From an uncultured Planctomycetales bacterium (lineage in GTDB: Bacteria; Omnitrophota; Gorgyraeia; Gygaellales; Profunditerraquicolaceae): DNA of 64,000 nucleotides. The notes under the pieces were generated by a model that was not told where the DNA came from, searched no databases, and saw only the letters and a list, made by a program, of their open reading frames with translations. Location: assembly GCA_964645795.1 (NCBI GenBank), contig CAZYCL010000002.1:144352-208351 (forward strand). Reading direction: 5' to 3'. A program made the position numbers and the translations under genes. Position 1 is the stretch's first letter, and each line of letters starts with the position of its first letter. Positions 1-10,060 of this stretch are shown here, one piece after another.

Positions 1-189
1 CTTTTTTATCTGCTCCAATATGGCCTCGTCCTTGGCATCCACGACAATGGTCATATAAGAAACCTGCGGATCCAGCGTCTCGCTGACTGCCAGTGAGCTG
101 ATATTGTAACCGCGGGCAGAAAATAACCCCGCTATGCGCGCCAGAACTCCAAACCTGTTTTCAACCGTAAGCGATATCGTATGTTTCAT
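1..189 (-). CDS. ilvH: Acetolactate synthase small (regulatory) subunit, N-terminal part; the gene runs off the window edge
   Basis: Minus-strand translation from the ATG at 189 gives [55 protein letters not shown]. This matches the ACT-domain N-terminus of IlvH/IlvN. No stop codon is reached before position 1. Confidence 0.8.
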   Translation of the reverse strand, partial: MKHTISLTVENRFGVLARIAGLFSARGYNISSLAVSETLDPQVSYMTIVVDAKDEAILEQIKK

Positions 190-193
190 AAGC

Positions 194-955
194 TCACCCG
201 TTGTCTGCTGCCGGCTTCTGGGCGTATAGAAAAATCGATACCCCAAAATACTTAACTAAAGGCACCTTCTTCAGCGCTGCCGTCAGCTTATAATTATAAA
301 AGTTACTGAAAATATCAATGTTCTTAAACCCCGCCGCCTTTATCCTCTTGCTTAATCTGAAAGGATTAAGAAAGAGCTCCTTGCACAAAGATCTCTGGAT
401 GACTTCGCCGCTGGACCAATCATAACAGCTTTCAAAGGCGCGCATGGGATGACAGGCCGGCTCATAAAATATAAACCGTCCCGACGGCTTGAGTATTGAA
501 TGCACCGCTTCCAGGAAGCTTGCGTATTTGAGGAAATGGTGCAGTATGCATTGACCGATAACGATATCAAACGTTCTCGCCTCAGAGATCAGATCCTGGA
601 TGCTCTTTTTCTGAAGGCAGGCGGGATCCACGCCAAGGCTGGAGGCGATATTCTTTCCTGTCTGTATGCGGTTGGTTGAGAGGTCGATGCCCTGGGCCCC
701 GGGAAAACCCGCAAGCCTCAAAAGCAACACCGTATCGGCGCCGTTACCGCAACCTATGTCTAAAATCTCCAGCCCTTCTCTGGCGCGCCCCTTAAAAATA
801 TCCGGCATCATAAGCTGCATGCCGTTGATTATGTTGCGCGGGCTAAAAAGCAGGCCCAGATCCTTACCCGCTCTAAGATTATCCTGCGAAGGCGCCTCGC
901 CCTCTTGCTTATCAAAGTTATCTATCTGGCAGTTCAGATCCTGCTCGATGCTCAT
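194..955 (-). CDS. Class I SAM-dependent methyltransferase
   Basis: 253-aa ORF carrying the [11 protein letters not shown]-binding motif I and the Rossmann-fold methyltransferase pattern. It sits between ilvB and ilvH. Confidence 0.75.
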   Translation of the reverse strand: MSIEQDLNCQIDNFDKQEGEAPSQDNLRAGKDLGLLFSPRNIINGMQLMMPDIFKGRAREGLEILDIGCGNGADTVLLLRLAGFPGAQGIDLSTNRIQTGKNIASSLGVDPACLQKKSIQDLISEARTFDIVIGQCILHHFLKYASFLEAVHSILKPSGRFIFYEPACHPMRAFESCYDWSSGEVIQRSLCKELFLNPFRLSKRIKAAGFKNIDIFSNFYNYKLTAALKKVPLVKYFGVSIFLYAQKPAADNG

Positions 956-968
956 AAAAGAGGGCTCC

Positions 969-2639
969 TTAAGCCAGCCCGCCTATTATCTTATTTATCG
1001 CCTCGCCTGCAGGCACCATCGGGAAAACGTTCTCTTCTTCCTCTATCCTGAAATCGACAAATACGGTGTTTTCAGTGTGTACTGCGCGCTCGATCGCGGG
1101 CCTAACGTCTTCCTTTTTCTCCACCCTTAACCCCACTGCCCCGTAGCTTTGGGCAAGCTTTACGAAATCGGGGCCGGTTATCGGAGTGTATGAGTATCGG
1201 CGCTTATAAAAAAGCTCCTGCCACTGACGCACCATCCCCAAATAACCGTTATTAAGGATCATCACCTTGACGTGGATCTTGTTTTCCACGCAGGTAGCCA
1301 GCTCCTGGATATTCATCTGGATCGAGCCGTCTCCGGCGATATCAAAAACGGTCTTTTCCGGACGGCCAACCTTAGCACCCATTGCCGCCGGGAAGCCGTA
1401 GCCCATGGTGCCCAGGCCTCCGCTGGACAAAAAGGTGCGGGGCTTTGTGTATTTATACCATTGGGCAGCCCACATCTGGTTTTGCCCGACTTCGGTACAG
1501 ATTATGGCGTCCCCCTTAGTGACTTCATCGATCTGTTCGATAACGTACTGCGGCAGGAGCTTGGTTTTTTCTTTATAGAACATGGGGTATTTTTTCTTCA
1601 ACTCCTCCACATGCTCAAGCCATTCGGCTATCTGCAAAGATTTGTCTATTTCATCGATAAGCGACCTTAATACGCTCTTGCAATCCCCTACTATCGGGAT
1701 CTCTACCTTTACGTTCTTGCTGATAGAGGAAGGGTCGATATCAATATGGATGACTTTGGCGTCGGGAGCAAAGGCGTCGAGCCTGCCCGTGACGCGGTCG
1801 TCAAAACGCGCGCCTACCGCTATTATCAGATCAGACTCCATGATGCTGTGGTTGGCGTAAGCTGTACCGTGCATCCCCAGCATCCCCAGCGACTGTTTAT
1901 GCGCCGCGGGAAACGCCCCTATGCCCATAAGCGTCCAGGTGGCCGGACAACCCAGTTTTTCGGCAAGCTCCTGCACCTCCAATGCCGCACCGGAGGTAAT
2001 CACGCCTCCCCCGATATACAAGAGGGGCCTTTTGGAATGCATGATAAGCTTTGCCGCGCGTTTAATCTGACCGGGATGCCCCATATAAGTCGGGTTGTAG
2101 CTGCGGATACTGACTTCCTGCGGCCAGTCAAACTCAGTTTCGGCAAGCTGCACATCCGACGGCAGGTCTATTAACACCGGTCCGGGCCGGCCGCTGGAAG
2201 CAATATAAAAAGCCTCGCGCACGATGCGCGCAAGGTCTCCTACGTCTTTAACCAAGAAATTATGTTTGGTGATCGGCCGGGTGATGCCGGTAATATCGGC
2301 TTCCTGAAAGGCATCATTGCCTATCAAGGTAGTGCGCACCTGTCCGGTAATGGCCACCATCGGGATAGAGTCCATATAGGCGGTGGCAATACCGGTCACA
2401 AGATTAGTGGCACCCGGACCGGAAGTAGCAATGCAAACCCCTGTTTTCCCCGTTGCCCTGGCGTATCCGTCGGCGGCATGGGCCGCCCCCTGCTCGTGTC
2501 GCGTCAGGATAAATTTCAGGTCAAAATCGTAGAGCTTATCGAAAGTGGGCAGGACCTGGCCTCCGGGATATCCGAAGATCACCTCCACCCCTTCGCGCTT
2601 CAAACACTCCAACAGTATCGAGGAACCGTTTAATTTCAT
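969..2639 (-). CDS. ilvB: Acetolactate synthase, large catalytic subunit (ThDP/FAD-dependent)
   Basis: 556 aa. Has the FGYPGG N-terminal motif and the conserved ThDP-binding GDG...N region. Full-length similarity to IlvB/IlvI. Confidence 0.93.
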   Translation of the reverse strand: MKLNGSSILLECLKREGVEVIFGYPGGQVLPTFDKLYDFDLKFILTRHEQGAAHAADGYARATGKTGVCIATSGPGATNLVTGIATAYMDSIPMVAITGQVRTTLIGNDAFQEADITGITRPITKHNFLVKDVGDLARIVREAFYIASSGRPGPVLIDLPSDVQLAETEFDWPQEVSIRSYNPTYMGHPGQIKRAAKLIMHSKRPLLYIGGGVITSGAALEVQELAEKLGCPATWTLMGIGAFPAAHKQSLGMLGMHGTAYANHSIMESDLIIAVGARFDDRVTGRLDAFAPDAKVIHIDIDPSSISKNVKVEIPIVGDCKSVLRSLIDEIDKSLQIAEWLEHVEELKKKYPMFYKEKTKLLPQYVIEQIDEVTKGDAIICTEVGQNQMWAAQWYKYTKPRTFLSSGGLGTMGYGFPAAMGAKVGRPEKTVFDIAGDGSIQMNIQELATCVENKIHVKVMILNNGYLGMVRQWQELFYKRRYSYTPITGPDFVKLAQSYGAVGLRVEKKEDVRPAIERAVHTENTVFVDFRIEEEENVFPMVPAGEAINKIIGGLA

Positions 2640-2731
2640 GTTTAGCGTTTAGCGGGTAGGGGTTAGCGTTTAGGGTTAATAATTCTAACCGCTATTCGCT
2701 ATCCGCTACACGCTAACTCCTAAAATGCCGA
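2640..2731. repeat. Heptad TAGCG/CGCTA repeat array forming a long imperfect inverted repeat between ilvD and ilvB
   Basis: Minus-strand reading shows GTTAGCG TGTAGCG GATAGCG AATAGCG GTTAG, followed by three CGCTA units (CTAAACGCTAA, CCCGCTAAACGCTAAAC). It ends directly at the ilvB ATG. Confidence 0.6.
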
Positions 2732-4429
2732 CTACAGCATTATCGCGCCCTTATCCGCCGAACTAACCTGCCTGCTGTAGCGCGACAGATAACCGGTCTT
2801 GATCTTAGGCGCAACTACCTTCAGACTCTTAAGCCTCCTCTTTAGTTCCGAGGAGCTTAATTTCACGCTTATTTTTCGGTTAGGGATATCGATTGTAATA
2901 ATATCCCCGTCTTTTAATGCCGCCAGCGGCCCTTTGGCTGATGCCTCAGGCGAAATGTGGCCGATGCACGGCCCTTTGGTCCCTCCGGAGAACCTTCCGT
3001 CGGTGATTAGCGCCACCGAGTCGGCTAAACCTAAGCCCACGATAGCCGCTGTAGGGGCAAGCATCTCGCGCATGCCGGGTCCGCCTGCCGGGCCTTCATA
3101 ACGGATGACAATGCAATCCCCGGGTTTTATCTTTTTATTCATGATCTGGTGCATCGCCTCTTCTTCGCGGTTAAAAACTCGGGCGCGTCCGGTAAACTTC
3201 ATCATTTTAGGCGAAACCGCAGCCTGCTTTACCACTGCTCCGTCAGGAGCAAGATTACCGTAGAGGACGGCAATCCCGCCTTCTCTATGGTAAGCCCTGC
3301 CAAAAGGCCGGATCACTTCTTCATCAAAAATCTTGGCCTCATCCGCGATATCATAGGTTTTTTTACCTGATAAGGTCTGCGCATTGTTGAGATTACCTTT
3401 CAAACGCTTCAAAACCGCGGGGATCCCGCCGGCGTATTCCAGGTCTTCCATATAATGCTCACCCGCTGGCTCAAGCAGGCTGATATGCGGCGTCTTCCTG
3501 CTTATCTTGTCAAAATCCTTGAGATCGATCTTCACCCCTGCTTCATGGGCAATAGCCATCAGGTGCAGCACGGTATTGCTTGAGCCGCCTAAAGCCATAT
3601 CCACGGTGATCGCATTCTCAAGCGACTGCCTGGTAATGATATCGCGCGGGCAGATATTCTTCCTTACTAATTCCACGATGCGTTCACCGCTGGCCTCGGC
3701 GATCCTGCGTTTCTTGGCAGATCCGGCTAAACCCGTGCCGCATCCGGCCAAAGACATTCCCATGGCCTCGGTAAGACAAGCCATGGTATTGGCGGTATAT
3801 AAACCCTGGCAGGAGCCGGGTCCGGGGCAGGCTTCTATTTCAATGCAGGATAACTCGGCTTCGGTAATATCGCCTTTTCTAGCGCGGGCCATGCCTTCAT
3901 AGGTATCGTGCACAAAAGCCAGCTTCTTCTTGTTGTATCGTCCGGATAGCATCGGGCCCGCGGTAACAATGATAGAGGGGATGTTCAACCTCGATACTCC
4001 CATAAGCATTCCCGGGGTGATCTTGTCGCAGTTGGTCAAACACACTAGCCCGTCAAGCTGATGGGCATTGCAGACCGACTCGATTATATCGGCAATTAAT
4101 TCCCGTGAGGCCAGAGGATAACACATCCCCAAATGGCCCATAGCGATCCCGTCACAGATGCCCGGAACTCCAAAGAAAAACGGCACGCCCCCCGCCAAAC
4201 AAACGCCGCGTTCAATGAAACGCTCAAGTTCGCGCATCCCGACATGCCCGGGGATGAGGTCGGTAAAAGAAGTGGCTACGCCGATGAACGGACGACCTAA
4301 ATCTTTACGGCTCAGACCCGTGGCGTGCAAGAGCGCGCGATGCGGTGCCCGCTCTAAACCAATCTTTGTTATATCTGAACGCATGTCCCCTCCGAAATCA
4401 TTCAGGGCCACCAAGTCACCCGTCACCAC
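2732..4429 (-). CDS. ilvD: Dihydroxy-acid dehydratase
   Basis: 565 aa. Contains the CPGPGSC Fe-S motif and full-length IlvD/EDD-family similarity. Confidence 0.93.
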   Translation of the reverse strand: MVTGDLVALNDFGGDMRSDITKIGLERAPHRALLHATGLSRKDLGRPFIGVATSFTDLIPGHVGMRELERFIERGVCLAGGVPFFFGVPGICDGIAMGHLGMCYPLASRELIADIIESVCNAHQLDGLVCLTNCDKITPGMLMGVSRLNIPSIIVTAGPMLSGRYNKKKLAFVHDTYEGMARARKGDITEAELSCIEIEACPGPGSCQGLYTANTMACLTEAMGMSLAGCGTGLAGSAKKRRIAEASGERIVELVRKNICPRDIITRQSLENAITVDMALGGSSNTVLHLMAIAHEAGVKIDLKDFDKISRKTPHISLLEPAGEHYMEDLEYAGGIPAVLKRLKGNLNNAQTLSGKKTYDIADEAKIFDEEVIRPFGRAYHREGGIAVLYGNLAPDGAVVKQAAVSPKMMKFTGRARVFNREEEAMHQIMNKKIKPGDCIVIRYEGPAGGPGMREMLAPTAAIVGLGLADSVALITDGRFSGGTKGPCIGHISPEASAKGPLAALKDGDIITIDIPNRKISVKLSSSELKRRLKSLKVVAPKIKTGYLSRYSRQVSSADKGAIML

Positions 4430-4431
4430 GT

Positions 4432-4478
4432 CACCGGTGACTCGGTGACTTTGTGACCTGCTGACCCTAAGCCTACCT
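4432..4478. promoter_or_regulatory. GTCACC-based palindrome (GTCACCGGTGAC core) between ilvD and the aldolase gene
   Basis: The sequence caagtcacccgtcaccacgtcaccggtgactcggtgactttgtgacc contains a perfect 12-bp palindrome flanked by further GTCACC/GGTGAC copies. Confidence 0.4.
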
Positions 4479-4479
4479 T

Positions 4480-5802
4480 CTAATCAGCTCCCTCTCCGTC
4501 GTGAACCACATCCTTGTCCTGGCGCTTGCGCACGATGACGCGCTTTAAAGTAACAAATTTGTCGATCAGGGGTTTATTATTTACGGCATTAAGCTGCTTG
4601 AAAAGGAAATCGAACTTCTGCTCCACCTCCGCCGCGATCGCATCGCGGACTTCCTGGGGGAGTCCCATGATCTCTTTCTTAAACGGCCCAAGCGCTTTTT
4701 TACGGGCTTTGTAGAAAAACTGCTCTTCGGAATCCCCTTCCTTCTTCTCGCTCTGGGCGTTGGCTTGAAGCCATTCATAGATCCTGGACTTGAGAGCCGC
4801 CGGAAAATGTTTGCTCTCATAGATCATGTTCTGGAATTCGGTTGCCAGATGCACTTCCGCGGTTTCGGTCTCGGCGAACTTATGAAACGCCTCGGCAGGC
4901 AAAGTGGAGGCCCCATGCTGCACTGCACCGGCCATGCCGTACTCTTTTCTGGCCAGGTCCGAAAGGTTCTTTAAAGTATCGAAGTCGAGCTTTACCTGGG
5001 CGACTTGTCCGTTAGGAAGTACCACTCCGCCGTGAGAAGTGCCGGTCTGGATAGAGATCTTGCTGATACCGACCAATCCTTTACGAAGCCTGGCCTTAAA
5101 CCCCTCCATGAAAGCGCGCAGGTCTTCGGGTGTCGAATTCTTATGCCCTACTTCCCCGATCTCGCCTCCTACGGAAACCGTGATCCCCCGCGGCTCTATC
5201 CTTCGGATAAACTGCGTAAGCTTTGCGCACACCTCGTAATTAAGATACTGCTGCTTCTTTACGTCGGGCTTGGAGAGATCGACAAGTGTAGAAGAGTCAA
5301 TATCGATGTTATAAAAGCCCGCGGAGATGGCGTCAGAGATCAAATCCTGCAGCCCCTGCATCTCTTTTTCGGGATTCTCCTGGTATTTCTTGGCATTGGC
5401 CTGGAAATGGTCTCCCTGGATAAATACGGGCCCGGCATATCCTTCTTTGATGGCCGCCCCCAAAATAACGCTTGAATACTCTATCGGCGGCTGGTTGGTA
5501 TAGCCCATCTCGGATTTGGCGATCTCGAATATAAAAGCGCCGCAGTTATTGTTTTTTGCGACCCTGAAGATCGCCCGGGCCAGATCGTAGGTCAGGCTTC
5601 TTAAGTTTATGGCCGGAACGGTAAAGCCCGAGAACTCACCCCTGCCCCTGGCCATATAGAAATCATGGATACTGGAAAGATATATCCCCTTCTTGTATGC
5701 GATATCCGAGATCTTCTTGGCTAAAAGCTTCTTTTTGGCCTTATCCTCGGATAAAACAAGCTCCATGATGATCTTATCGATGTCTGTCGGTCTTCTGCCC
5801 AT
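4480..5802 (-). CDS. Class II fructose/tagatose-bisphosphate aldolase family protein (long GatZ/KbaZ-like form)
   Basis: 440 aa. Has a TIM-barrel aldolase-like N-terminus and a QGDHF motif resembling the GGDHLG of the GatZ/KbaZ and class II aldolase family. It is adjacent to pfkA. Confidence 0.5.
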   Translation of the reverse strand: MGRRPTDIDKIIMELVLSEDKAKKKLLAKKISDIAYKKGIYLSSIHDFYMARGRGEFSGFTVPAINLRSLTYDLARAIFRVAKNNNCGAFIFEIAKSEMGYTNQPPIEYSSVILGAAIKEGYAGPVFIQGDHFQANAKKYQENPEKEMQGLQDLISDAISAGFYNIDIDSSTLVDLSKPDVKKQQYLNYEVCAKLTQFIRRIEPRGITVSVGGEIGEVGHKNSTPEDLRAFMEGFKARLRKGLVGISKISIQTGTSHGGVVLPNGQVAQVKLDFDTLKNLSDLARKEYGMAGAVQHGASTLPAEAFHKFAETETAEVHLATEFQNMIYESKHFPAALKSRIYEWLQANAQSEKKEGDSEEQFFYKARKKALGPFKKEIMGLPQEVRDAIAAEVEQKFDFLFKQLNAVNNKPLIDKFVTLKRVIVRKRQDKDVVHDGEGAD

Positions 5803-5817
5803 TTGAGCTGTTCCTCC

Positions 5818-6777
5818 TTAAGTTAAAACTTTAATAAGTTTGTACCACTCTTCTACATGCAGGTCTTTTGTCTTTATAGCTTCTTGGAAGTCTACGGTGC
5901 CCAGCCTGCCACAGCACAGCCCCACCGCGATCAGGCTCTTGCCGGCCAATAAAAGTTCTACCGCTTCAAACCCAAGCTTAAGCGCCAGGTCCCGGCTGAA
6001 AGCCGTAGGCCTGCCTCCCCTCTGCACGTGGCCCAGGACAACGGTGCGCGTCTCCAGACTTGTAGTCTCGCTTATGCTTTTAGCGATATCCTCTGCCTTG
6101 GCCGCACCCTCCGCCACTACGATGATCCAGCTGATCTTGCCTCTTATGTTGCCGCCGACGATATCGTGGCAGATCTTATTAAGGTCGAATTTAAACTCCG
6201 GTACGATCACGTCTTCGCATCCGCCGGCCAGGGCCACCGACAGGGCGATGTATCCGGAATCCCTGCCCATGACCTCAACCACAAATATGCGTTCCATGGA
6301 GGTAGCGGTGTCGCGGATCTTATCTATCGCATCAAGGGCGGTATTGATCGCCGTATCCGCCCCAAAAGTCATATCTATGCCGTTAACGTCGTTATCTATG
6401 GATGCCGGGATACCCACGCAAGGGACATTGAAATTCCTGGAGAATATGCCAGCGGCGGTAAAGCTGCCGTTTCCGCCGATGACCACCATCCCGTCGATAT
6501 TATGTTTCTTCAAATTCTTGTAAGCGCGCTCCTGGTTTTCTCTGGCGCGAAACTCCGGGCAGCGGGCTGTTTTTAAGACGGTCCCTCCCTGGTTTATGAT
6601 ACCCGAAACAGAGCGGTGGTCTAAAAGCTTGAGCTCCTCATTGATGAGCCCCCACCAGCCGCGGTAGACGCCCATTACCTCGACCTTATGATGGAGGCCG
6701 CTCCTTACCACGGAACGTATGGCTGCGTTCATGCCGGGGGCGTCTCCCCCAGTTGTCAGTACCGCTATTCGTTTCAT
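5818..6777 (-). CDS. pfkA: ATP-dependent 6-phosphofructokinase
   Basis: 319 aa. N-terminus is MKRIAVLTTGGDAPGMNAAIRSVV, and the GRDSGYIA and MGR motifs are present. Confidence 0.93.
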   Translation of the reverse strand: MKRIAVLTTGGDAPGMNAAIRSVVRSGLHHKVEVMGVYRGWWGLINEELKLLDHRSVSGIINQGGTVLKTARCPEFRARENQERAYKNLKKHNIDGMVVIGGNGSFTAAGIFSRNFNVPCVGIPASIDNDVNGIDMTFGADTAINTALDAIDKIRDTATSMERIFVVEVMGRDSGYIALSVALAGGCEDVIVPEFKFDLNKICHDIVGGNIRGKISWIIVVAEGAAKAEDIAKSISETTSLETRTVVLGHVQRGGRPTAFSRDLALKLGFEAVELLLAGKSLIAVGLCCGRLGTVDFQEAIKTKDLHVEEWYKLIKVLT

Positions 6778-6809
6778 ATTATGCCCTTTAGCGCGTGTGC
6801 CTGTAACGC

Positions 6810-8066
6810 CTACGTCCCCATCTCCCAGCTCTCAAGGTACTTCTTCTGCTCGGCGGTGAGAGTATCGATCCTCATCCCCAGAGACTTTAATTTAAGTGCA
6901 GCGATATTATTATCAATCTCTTCAGGTATCTTATAAACGCCGTTGTTGAGCTTCGCATGGTTCTTAAGCATGTATTCGGCGCTCAGCGCCTGGTTGGCAA
7001 AAGACATATCCATTACCTGGGCAGGATGGCCTTCGGCAGCTGCCAGGTTGATAAGCCTTCCTTCGCCTAACAGGTAAACCCTTTTGCCGGTGTTCAAGGT
7101 GAACTCCTCGACAAAATCCCGGATCATCTTCCTGGATTTAGCCAGTTTTTCTAACCCCGGAATATCGATCTCCACGTTAAAATGTCCGGAGTTGGAGATT
7201 ATCGCTCCGTCTTTCATCAGGGTAAAGTGCTCGGTGCGGATGACATTGATATCTCCGGTAACCGTAACGAACACGTCTCCGATCTTGGAAGCATCCTTTA
7301 TAGGCATTACTTCGTATCCATCCATGACCGCCTCAAGGGCCCGCAGGGGATTGACCTCGACAACCACGACCCTGGCTGCCATGCCTTTTGCGCGCATGGC
7401 TACGCCTCTGCCGCACCAGCCATAACCGCAGATGACTACGCATGAGCCGGCTATCAGTTTATTGGTAGCCCGCAGGATCCCGTCCATGGTGGATTGGCCC
7501 GTGCCGTAACGATTATCAAACAGATACTTGGTGGAGGCGTCGTTAACCGCTACTATCGGATAACGCAGCTTGCCCTGCTGGGCAAGGGCCTTGAGCCTTA
7601 TTACTCCGGTAGTAGTTTCTTCCGTGCCGCCTATGATATTGGAGTGGGCCGACTCATCCCTCTGATGGATCATGCTCACCAGGTCTGCCCCGTCGTCCAT
7701 GGTGATCTGGGGCTTTACCGCTAATGCCGCCTCAAGATGCTTATAATAGGTCTTGGTATCTTCTCCTTTAATCGCAAACACCGGTATCTTAAGGTTGGAA
7801 ACGAGGCTGGAGGCAACGTCATCCTGAGTCGATAGGGGATTTGAAGCGCATAAAGCCACCTCTGCCCCCCCTGCCTTCAAGACCTCCATAAGCACCCCCG
7901 TCTCCGTAGTAACGTGAAGACAGCAGGAAACCTTTATACCCGCCAGAGGCTTGTCTTTTTTGAAGCGCTCCGCGATAAGGCCTAACACCGGCATATTGTT
8001 ACGCGCCCATTCGATGCGCAGGGCGCCCTTTTTGGCTAACTTCAGATCTTTGACATCGTAGTTCAT
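6810..8066 (-). CDS. ahcY: Adenosylhomocysteinase
   Basis: 418 aa with full-length S-adenosyl-L-homocysteine hydrolase similarity, including the NAD-binding GYGWCGRG-type motif. Confidence 0.93.
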   Translation of the reverse strand: MNYDVKDLKLAKKGALRIEWARNNMPVLGLIAERFKKDKPLAGIKVSCCLHVTTETGVLMEVLKAGGAEVALCASNPLSTQDDVASSLVSNLKIPVFAIKGEDTKTYYKHLEAALAVKPQITMDDGADLVSMIHQRDESAHSNIIGGTEETTTGVIRLKALAQQGKLRYPIVAVNDASTKYLFDNRYGTGQSTMDGILRATNKLIAGSCVVICGYGWCGRGVAMRAKGMAARVVVVEVNPLRALEAVMDGYEVMPIKDASKIGDVFVTVTGDINVIRTEHFTLMKDGAIISNSGHFNVEIDIPGLEKLAKSRKMIRDFVEEFTLNTGKRVYLLGEGRLINLAAAEGHPAQVMDMSFANQALSAEYMLKNHAKLNNGVYKIPEEIDNNIAALKLKSLGMRIDTLTAEQKKYLESWEMGT

Positions 8067-8094
8067 TTCTCTCCTTATTTAATTCGCTATGGCT

Positions 8095-8131
8095 GGGGAC
8101 GGTTCCGGGACCTGTCCCCGGAACCGTCCCC
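8095..8131. repeat. 37-bp palindromic element, copy 1 (15-bp perfect stems, 7-nt spacer)
   Basis: GGGGACGGTTCCGGGACCTGTCCCCGGAACCGTCCCC lies between the metK stop and the ahcY start. It is identical to the copy at 57209-57245. Confidence 0.85.
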
Positions 8132-8140
8132 AAAATGGAA

Positions 8141-9310
8141 TTACAGTCTGGCCGCCTGCTTCTTCAGCGTCGCCGCCTTATCGGTAGCCTCCCACCTGAA
8201 TTCGGGCTCGGTCCTGCCAAAGTGTCCGTAACAGGCAGTTTTTACATATATCGGCCTTAAGAGGTCTAGAGTCTTGATCATGCCTCTGGGAGTAAGATCA
8301 AAATTATCCCTGACCAGCTTTGCCATTGCCTCGTCAGATATCTTTCCCGTCCCAAACGAATCGACCATAATGGCCAGAGGATCAGCTCTGCCGATGACAT
8401 AAGCCAGGTGGAGCTGGCACTTGTCCGCAAGCCCGGCAGCAACGATATTCTTGGCAACATAACGGGCCATATAAGCTCCCGAACGGTCCACCTTTGTCGG
8501 GTCTTTACCGGAAAATGCGCCGCCTCCGCTGGCAGCCATGCCGCCGTAGGTATCTACGACGATCTTGCGGCCGGTCATGCCGGTATCGGATTGCGGCCCG
8601 CCGACGACGAACTTGCCGGTCTCGTTTACGAAGAACTTGGTGTTCTTATCCATGTAGCCTTTTAACACGGGCTTGGCAATGGCTTCGATCATCTCAAGCC
8701 TGGCGGCCTTGGTGATCTTCTCTCCGGTAGAATCCAGGATCTCCTCCAGGTGCTGGCAGGCCATAACGCAACAATCGACGCGCTTGGGCTTGCCGTCATG
8801 ATACTCGACGCTCACCTGCGATTTGCAATCCGGCCCCAGGTACTTCAATATGCCCTTACGCCTGACATCGGCCATGCGTCTAACCAGGCGTTGTGCCAGC
8901 ATTATCGGAAGCGGCATCAATTCATCCGTCTCGTTGCAGGCAAAACCCACCATAAACCCCTGGTCGCCCGCACCACCCGTATTAACACCCTGGGCGATAT
9001 CCGGAGACTGGCTATGGATGGTATTTATTACCGCGCAGGTGTGGTAATCAAAGCCATACTTAGGATGGGTATAGCCTATTTCCTTTAAAATGTTTCGCGT
9101 AAGGTTGCCTACATCGACGTAACCGGTAGTGGTGATCTCGCCGCCGACTATCAGAAGCCCCATCGTAACATATGTCTCGCATGCGACCCTTCCGTAAGGG
9201 TCCTGCCTTAAGACCTCATCAAGGACCGAATCCGATATCTGGTCGCAGACCTTGTCCGGGTGACCCTCCCCAACCGACTCCGAAGTAAAAAAGAACTTTT
9301 TTGCCCCCAT
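8141..9310 (-). CDS. metK: S-adenosylmethionine synthetase
   Basis: 389 aa. Contains the [14 protein letters not shown] motif and the [10 protein letters not shown]-loop-like motif. Confidence 0.95.
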   Translation of the reverse strand: MGAKKFFFTSESVGEGHPDKVCDQISDSVLDEVLRQDPYGRVACETYVTMGLLIVGGEITTTGYVDVGNLTRNILKEIGYTHPKYGFDYHTCAVINTIHSQSPDIAQGVNTGGAGDQGFMVGFACNETDELMPLPIMLAQRLVRRMADVRRKGILKYLGPDCKSQVSVEYHDGKPKRVDCCVMACQHLEEILDSTGEKITKAARLEMIEAIAKPVLKGYMDKNTKFFVNETGKFVVGGPQSDTGMTGRKIVVDTYGGMAASGGGAFSGKDPTKVDRSGAYMARYVAKNIVAAGLADKCQLHLAYVIGRADPLAIMVDSFGTGKISDEAMAKLVRDNFDLTPRGMIKTLDLLRPIYVKTACYGHFGRTEPEFRWEATDKAATLKKQAARL

Positions 9311-9322
9311 TTTCCTCTCCTC

Positions 9323-10060
9323 CTATTTGAACCTTCTCTTTGCCTGCCGATAGCACTTATGGTCTCCGATATCAAACCAGCGCCCGGAAAAAACATAGGC
9401 GTAAACCGGAAGCTTTTTTATCAGCCACTCTATATAAAAACCAACCGCATCGTGCTTGCCGCGCCTGGCCCTCATATACTCATCGACCAGCCCCGCCCTT
9501 GCTTTGTTGAAATAATAAAGGCACATGGCAATAAGGGTAGACTCCGGATGCTTCGGCTTCTCCTGAAAGCCGGTTATCCTGTTGGTAGCATCCATCTTTA
9601 ACACGCCGTACTTTGAGGCCTGCTGCCTTTTCTTTATGTCGTAGGCTCCCATCACGGGGTTGGGCTCGCTTGCTTTGGCATACGCAACAAAACCCTCCAG
9701 GCCCTCATCGAATATATTATCCCCTCCTAAAACCAAAAGGTCATCCCGGAGCTTGCGCTTTTGGATTACGAAATGCATATCGCCGACTGCCCCCCGGCGG
9801 TCGTCCAGGTTTCTGGTCAGGTCATCCACGACGACTACCGGCTTCTTGACCTTGAGCCCCATCGACCAGTCTTCAAAGTGCCGATAAAACCTGCTGTTGG
9901 TAACCACCAGTATTTCGTCAACCTCTTTTAAGCGCTCGATTTTCTCGATAATATGATCAATGATGGGTTTGCCGCCTACTTGAAGCAGCGGTTTAGGATA
10001 ATCCTTGGTAATCGGATATAGCCTGGTGGCATACCCCGCCGCTAATATAATCGCCTTCAT
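9323..10060 (-). CDS. Sugar-phosphate nucleotidyltransferase family protein
   Basis: 245 aa. N-terminus MKAIILAAGYATRLYPITKDYPKPLL is the GXGXRL signature of the NTP_transferase family. Confidence 0.75.
   Translation of the reverse strand: MKAIILAAGYATRLYPITKDYPKPLLQVGGKPIIDHIIEKIERLKEVDEILVVTNSRFYRHFEDWSMGLKVKKPVVVVDDLTRNLDDRRGAVGDMHFVIQKRKLRDDLLVLGGDNIFDEGLEGFVAYAKASEPNPVMGAYDIKKRQQASKYGVLKMDATNRITGFQEKPKHPESTLIAMCLYYFNKARAGLVDEYMRARRGKHDAVGFYIEWLIKKLPVYAYVFSGRWFDIGDHKCYRQAKRRFK

Noticed and set aside
666-1130. Numerous ORF-track entries on the strand opposite to well-supported genes, for example 666-1130, 1272-1670, 5840-6523, 6028-6576, 26493-27065, 26504-27049, 37696-38181, 38941-39567, 40695-41276, 43615-44154, 56075-56704 and 58975-59496
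   Set aside because: They lie entirely inside, antisense to or frame-shifted from, genes with strong family-level homology. Their proteins are low-complexity or Arg/Pro/Ser-rich, typical of shadow ORFs in GC-rich coding DNA. None shows a recognisable motif.`
8095-8131. 37-bp palindrome as a rho-independent terminator of metK (and of the small gene before hcp)
   Set aside because: Neither strand has a U-rich tract after the stem at either copy. The flanks are AGCCATAGCG and AAAAGAGCGG on the transcribed strand. It is therefore called a repeat or regulatory element.`
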